This document shows, piece by piece, positions 58,171 through 64,000 of a DNA stretch of 64,000 nt (position 1 is its first letter; every line of letters starts with the position of its first letter). The stretch spans positions 6,758,001-6,822,000 of the forward strand of contig CM059432.1 in the NCBI GenBank assembly GCA_030390025.1, given 5' to 3'. A program made the translations under genes and the position numbers. The notes beneath the pieces are model-generated. The model worked only from the letters and a program-made list of their open reading frames with translations. It had not been told where the DNA came from and made no database searches. This stretch comes from Squalus acanthias. Taxonomy: Eukaryota.

Positions 58171-58502
58171 TGTCTCTCCATAAACAACTCTTATATACAG
58201 AGTTCCTCTTTTTAGCTCCGTACGACCCATGGGAGCAAGCTTAAATCGACCTGCATGTCTATGAAAATTTCAATTTGTTCGAATTAACTCCACTCAAAGG
58301 ATGGTTCTCAGATTTAGCCCCCTTTTATACTCTTGACAGATTGCCAGGGCTATTCAGAAACTGATAGCTGCCAGCCTCACATCAGTGACTAAACCAAACA
58401 TGAAGTCTGTATATATTTGAAAATCACGTGTTTGGCTCACTGTTAAGCCTATTACTCGGGACACATTAATAACAAACTTCACAGCAGATGTAACTGTACA
58501 GA

Positions 58503-58910
58503 TTGGACCTATATTCTCTGGAATTTAGAAGAACGAGAGGTGATTTCATTGAAATGTGTAAAATTCTTAGATGGCTTGACAGGGTAGATGCTGAGAGGCT
58601 GTTTCCCCTGGCTAGAGAGTCTAGAACTAGGGGTCATAGTCACAGGATAAGGGGTCGGCCAATTAGGGCTGGGATGAGGAGAAAGATCTTCATTCAGAGG
58701 CTTGTGAATCTTTGGAATTCTCTACCCCAGAGGGCTGTGGCTGCTCAGTCGATGAGTATATTCAAGACTGAGATCGATAGATTTTTGGGCACTAAGGGAA
58801 TCAAGGGCTATGCTGATCGGGCAGGCAAGTGGAGATGATGTAGAAGTTCAGCCATGATCTTGAATGGTGGAGCCGGCTCGAGGAGCCAAATGGCCTATTT
58901 CTTAAGTTCT
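58503..58910 (+). mobile_element. CR1 3' end
   Basis: ORF 58503-58838 plus tail. Confidence 0.88.
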
Positions 58911-58972
58911 TAGGCTGCGCAGCTGTAGTTTAAAACCTCATAATGTGCATGATCTAAAGGGACAGCTACAAG

Positions 58973-59307
58973 TCGGGTTGCCAACCCTCCAGGATTGTCC
59001 TGGAGTCTCCAGGAATTGAAGATTGATCTCCTGAGCACTGCTGTGAGCAAATCCTGTAGAAAAATCATGTGTGATTTTTTATTTTTTTAAATTTTATTTT
59101 AACACATTTTCTTATTAGTTATAAAAAAAAACAATGGGGAAATAGGGCTGTTTGCCTGAAATTGAGAATCATTCAGTTGGGTAATGAAGAGTCTGTTCGC
59201 TTCTCAAGTGGTTTGGGAAGCCGTGAGAATGGACATGTTGGTAGACCAATGGGGGAGTCATGTGATGAAACCACCAGAAATACGTCCGACCAAAGTTGGC
59301 AATCCTA
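58973..59307. mobile_element. hAT MITE
   Basis: TIRs TCGGGTTGCCAAC / GTTGGCAATCCTA; perfect 8-bp TSD GCTACAAG (58965-58972, 59308-59315). Confidence 0.9.
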
Positions 59308-59342
59308 GCTACAAGACGAAAATAAAACCGCACTTCTTCTTC

Positions 59343-59778
59343 CAAAGCAAAATACTGCGGATGCTGGAAATCTGACGTAAAAAGAGAAAATGCTGAAACT
59401 ACTCAGCAGGTCAGGCAGCATCTGTGGAGAGAGAAACAGAGTCAACATTTCAGGGCGATGACCTTTCGTCAGAACTGGAAAAATTTGTAGATAATAACAG
59501 GTTTTTAAGCAAGTTCAGAGGCAGGGAAAGGGGAGGGAAGAACAAAAGGCAAGGACTGTGATATGGTAGAGGGCAGGAGCGATTAAATGACAAAAGGGAT
59601 GATATGATGGTGCAAGGCAAAAGGAGATGGTAATGGGACAAGTAAAGAAGCAAAAGTTGGGTCTAGAGGAGCTGTGAATGGCAACAGCACAACCATTACC
59701 TGCACCTGCTGTTCGAATTAATGGAGCAGTGGTTATGATCTGAAATTATTGAACTCAGTGTTGAGTCCGGAAGGTGTA
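59343..59778 (-). mobile_element. PLE 3' end with decayed hammerhead motif (59440-59476)
   Basis: Reverse complement of 35210-35527; CTGACGA-A-AGGTCATCGCCCT-GAAATGTT. Confidence 0.85.
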
Positions 59779-60179
59779 AACTTCTTTGTATCTGGCGCAA
59801 GGGGTTGATACTGTTAAGAGGTACAGAAGGCAGCTATCCTCACGGGCACTTCATGCGGAACCACCTCCATCTCCAGCTGCCATGATCAGGGGATTGGTCG
59901 CTGAGCTGCTCCGTCACTTGACTGCAGACTTGTGCCTGCACCTTTGGTTTCATTCGCTTTTTAATCCCCTACCCGACCAGCCTTGGCAGAAGGCTCTTTA
60001 TGGGTTTTTAGCCTTTCCAAAGGCTTTGAAAAATGCTGTCACCCTATTTGGAGCTTGCCTTTACTGGTCTGCATCCCATTATATTTCACTTGTGCACAAT
60101 TTTCTGCTCCTATTACTAGTGCGCTCCCTGCTCCCGGCATCTGGACTGGGGAATAATTGTGCAAATAGACTGAGCCATG

Positions 60180-61158
60180 GAATCATAGAATTATACAGCA
60201 CAGAAGAAAGCCATTTGGCCCATCGTGTCTATGTCGGCTCTTTAGTGCAGCTGTCCAATTAATCGCACTCCCCATAGCCCTATAATTTTTTTCCCTTCAG
60301 GTATTTATCGAATTCTCTTTTGAATATTGCTATTGAATCTACTTCCACCACCCTTTCGGGCAGTGCAATCCAGATCACAACAACTCATTGTGTAAAAAAA
60401 ATGTTCTTCATGTCGCCGCCTCTGGTTCTTTTGCCAGTCGCCTGAAATCTGTGTCCTCTGGTTCTCGACCCTTCTGTCACTGGAAACAGTTTCTCTTTAT
60501 TTACTCTATCAAAACCATTCCTGATTTTGAACACCTCTTCGCCTCAAATCTCCTCTTAACCTTCTCTGCTCTAAGGAGAACAACCCCAGCTTCTCCAGTC
60601 TCTTCACACAACTGAAGTCCCTGATCCTGGAACCATTTTAGTAAATCTTTACTGCACCCTCTCCAAGGCCTTGACCTCCTTCCTAAAGTGTGGTGCCCAG
60701 GATTGAACACAATACTCCAGCTGAGGCCTAACCAGTGTTTCATAAAGGTTTAGCATAACTTCCTTGCTTTTGTATTCTATCCCCTATTAATAAAGCCAAG
60801 GATCCCATATGCATTTTTAACAGCCTTCTCAACTTGTCCTGCCACCTTCAAAGATTTGTGTACATACACCCCCAGGTCTCTCTGTTCCTGCACCCCCTTT
60901 AAGATTATATCATTTAGTTTATATTGCCTCTCCTCAGTTTTCCTTGCAAAATGTATCACTTCACACTTCGCTGCGTTACATTTCATTTGCCACGTGTCTG
61001 CCTATTCCACATGTCTGTCTATGTCCTTCTGAAGTCTGTTGCTATCCTCCTTGTTGTTTACTACATTTCCGAGTTTCGTATCATCTGCGACCTTTGAAAT
61101 TATGCCCATCATACCCAAGTCCAGGTCATGAATATATATCAACAAGAGCAGTGGTCTT
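60180..61158 (-). mobile_element. CR1 3' portion (degenerate)
   Basis: KCEVIHF, EQRDLGV, GILGFINRG. Confidence 0.85.
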
Positions 61159-61221
61159 TTAGTTTAAACCCTCCATGGCCTCGCCCCTCCCTATCTCTGT
61201 AACCTGCTCCAGTCCCACAAC

Positions 61222-61565
61222 TAGATGCAGGAAGGATGTTCCCGATGGCGGGGGAGTCCAGAACCAGGGGTCACAGTCTAAGGATAAGGGGTAAGCCATT
61301 TAGGACTGAGATGAGGAGGAATTTCTTCACCCAGAGAGTGGTGAACTTGTGGAATTCTCTACCACAGAAGGCAGTTGAGGCTAATTCATTAAATATATTC
61401 AAGAAGGAGTTAGATATATTTCTTAAGGCTAAAGGGATATGGGGAGAAGGCAGGGACAGGGTACTGAATTTGGATGATCAGCCATGATCTCATTAAATGG
61501 CGGAACAGGCTCGAGGGGCTGAATGGCCTACTCCTGCTCCTATCTTCGATGTTTCTATGTTTACC
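61222..61565 (+). mobile_element. CR1 3' end
   Basis: ORF 61236-61487 plus tail. Confidence 0.9.
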
Positions 61566-61714
61566 AACCCTAAATTTGAGTGATTTAGCTATTTATCATC
61601 TACTGAGATGATCATCAGCTGTTAATCATTTGAACCTGACTTAAACCAGTCCATGAAATGCAGCTCTTGTTAGTTTTGATGGACAAAAAGGAGAAGAGGA
61701 GTCGTTTGTGGTAA

Positions 61715-61925
61715 AGAGAGGCCGTCCTTTCATCGCTGAGGACTGGGCTGAAATTGAGCACATATTAATGGTATGCAAGAGCTCTCTTTGCCAGCTGGAA
61801 GGGCCCTAGTGAAATGAGTTTGGGCGGCCTCAGTCCATTTCTCCGTTGGGCTGGCCCACAACAGCAAATTGTCTAAAATTAACTGCAAATTGGCAATCAA
61901 CCTGAGAGGCCAGAAGGACAGCTGG
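61715..61925 (+). mobile_element. LF-SINE-like ancient SINE
   Basis: GGCCCTAGTGAAATGAGTTTGGGCGGCCTCAGTCCATTTCT resembles the LF-SINE core as I recall it; not database-checked. Confidence 0.5.
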
Positions 61926-62269
61926 TGTAGGAAATGGAAACGTTCACATTGGTGCAGTAGGAATGCCTTTCTGCGATTGGAATTCGGGCATATTGTTGGA
62001 ATTATATTTTGCATATGGTTGAGCTATACCTAATTGGTGAGTGCTTGATAGTGATCCTGGCTTCCCAAAGTAGAGGTCCTGATTCCCAGCACTGACATTC
62101 TGCATCTCGATGAGGCCAAATTTTACATTTAAGAAAAGATTCAAAGTAATTAAAGGGGAAGAAATTCTTGGGAGAGCACAATTTGTTCCAAATATTTTTT
62201 CAGAAAAGGAAATGATCCACTCATCAAAAAATTTGCTGTCATTTTTAAAGAAAAAAAATTACTACTCTG

Positions 62270-63138
62270 GTTGTGGACGTTGCTGGCAAGGCCGGCATTT
62301 ATTGCCCATCCCTAGTTGCCTTTGAGAAGGTGGTGGTGAACCGCCTTCTTGAGCTGCTGCAGTCCGTGTGGTGAAGTTTCTCCCACAATGCTGTTAGGTG
62401 GGGAGTTCCAGGGTTTTCTAGCCACGATGAAGAAATGGTGATATACATCCAAGTCAGGATGGTGTGTGACTCGGAGGGGAACTTGGAGGTGGTGATGTTC
62501 CCATGCACCTGCTGCCCTTGTCCTTGTAGGTGGCGGAAGTCGCGGGTTTGGGAGGTGCTGTCGACGGAGCCTAGGAGACTTGCTGCACTCCATCCTGTAG
62601 ATAAGAACATTAGGAGCAGGAGTACGCCATTTGGCCCCTCGAGCCTGCCCCGCCATTCACTAAGATCATGGCTGATCTGATCTTGGCCTCAACACCACTT
62701 TCCCGTCCGCGCCGCATAACCCTTGACTCCCCTGTAGCTCAAACATCTGCCTATCTCCGCCTTGAATATATTCAATGACTCCGCCTCCACAGCTCTCTGG
62801 GGTAGAGAATTCCAAAGATTCACGACCCTCTGAGAGAAGAAATTCCTCCTCATCTCTGTTTTAAATGGGCGACCCCTTATCCTGAAACTGTGCCCCCAGA
62901 TGGTACACATTGTAGCCAGGGTGGAGGGAGTGGATGTTTAAGGTGGCGGATGGGGTGCCAATCGAAGTTGGACTGCTTTGTCCTAGATGGTATCAAGCTT
63001 CTTGGTGATGTTGCAGCTGCACTCATCCAGGCCAGTGGAGAGTATTCCATCACACTGCTGACTTGTGCCTTGTAGGTGGTGGAGAGGCTTTGGGGAGTCG
63101 GGAGTTGAGCCATTTGCCGCAGAATACCCAGCCTCTGG
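62270..63138 (-). mobile_element. Family B LINE 3' portion with a CR1 tail nested at ~62601-62897
   Basis: YKAQVSSVMEYSP, HHHLLKGN; sequence resumes across the insertion at AGAT. Confidence 0.85.
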
Positions 63139-64000
63139 TCTTCTCTAGTTACTTAGCGGAGTTTCTCCCCTTGTAAAAGTCAGTGAGGAAATTCCCGGTA
63201 TAACTGTATCTCCACTGTTTCCCTGGGGATTCTTCCGGTCTTCTGCCAGAGTTACACCGGGAGACTGGCAATGCCTTTGCAAAGCTTCATCCCCAGTTTG
63301 TTTAGACAAAACACTAAGGAATCGTATTGTGGTAATCATGAGAGATTTTAATATCTGAAGTATGGGGACAGCTCAAGGGCAGCCAAAATGGAAGGGTGAC
63401 GGCATAAGCAAATTTCAGAGAGGTAATAAGAGTTGTTGCCATAACATAATAAATAAAGCTGGACAGATGCTATATTGTATGTAACACTGAGCAGTATAAC
63501 ATAATAGTGAACACTTGGTTTCTGGTGGCAATTAAGACTGAGGCCAAAAATGTGCAGAACTTAACAGCAGCAAGCTTTGGGGAGAATTAAGTTGTAGGGC
63601 GAACCAACAAATATGATGACAAAAAAAGGTTCAAAGTCTGTTTCAAGAGATGTGGAAAGAATGTATAGTTTTGGGAGAAAAATACCAAGCTGACGGTAAA
63701 AGTTGCCTGAAGGTTATGACACGAGGAACAAAAAAGTTAGTTGTGATTAAGCAAGTACTAAAAGGGCTCGAAGGCCAGCAAAAAAACCCACGATTGTTGG
63801 TAACAGCAATGGTGAGAAACAGCAAAAGATTTCTGTGTGCTTACAAGTCTATTGTTACTAAGCTCAATGAAGAACTATATAATGCATCTCAAAGGCACTT
63901 GATTATAAATCAAAACAAGTTTTATTTTCTGCTTTCAAGCTCATTGGCGAGATCATATTTGGAATGCAGTGCGCAACTTTGGGCACTAAACCTTGTAAAG

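Noticed and set aside
59786..60262. 158-aa ORF
   Set aside because: Non-ATG start, runs into a CR1 tail, no recognisable domain.
1..64000. CRISPR array, prokaryotic operon or defence system
   Set aside because: No regularly spaced repeat-spacer structure or prokaryotic gene density; all repeats are interspersed vertebrate TEs.

Overview
Eukaryotic, transposon-saturated non-coding DNA (gene desert or large intron), most likely from a cartilaginous fish (shark). That assignment is inferred from the repeat spectrum: abundant CR1 LINEs with SGNH-esterase ORF1, DeuSINE/SacSINE1-like SINEs, L2, RTE and Penelope-like elements (PLEs), and hAT and PIF/Harbinger-type MITEs. No host protein-coding gene, rRNA, tRNA or CRISPR array could be supported. 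All long ORFs are TE-derived or antisense shadows of TE ORFs. Main items: (1) A full-length Ty3/Gypsy element (2153-6658) with identical 215-bp LTRs and a 5-bp TSD but a broken gag-pol. It has no tRNA primer-binding site; instead a perfect 13-bp stem between the PBS position and the LTR poly(A)-signal region suggests self-priming. (2) Two PLE families carrying minimal, dimer-type hammerhead ribozyme motifs, including 63-180 bp insertions with ~13-bp TSDs and one insertion whose 5' end falls at the predicted cleavage site. (3) Two unrelated Harbinger-like MITEs inserted at the identical nucleotide (the ribozyme cleavage triplet) of two separate PLE copies. (4) Deep LINE nesting, with associated deletions, a double-tailed CR1 and a SINE/LINE tail partnership. 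Family names come from recognition of motifs, not from database searches. Boundaries without a stated TSD are approximate.
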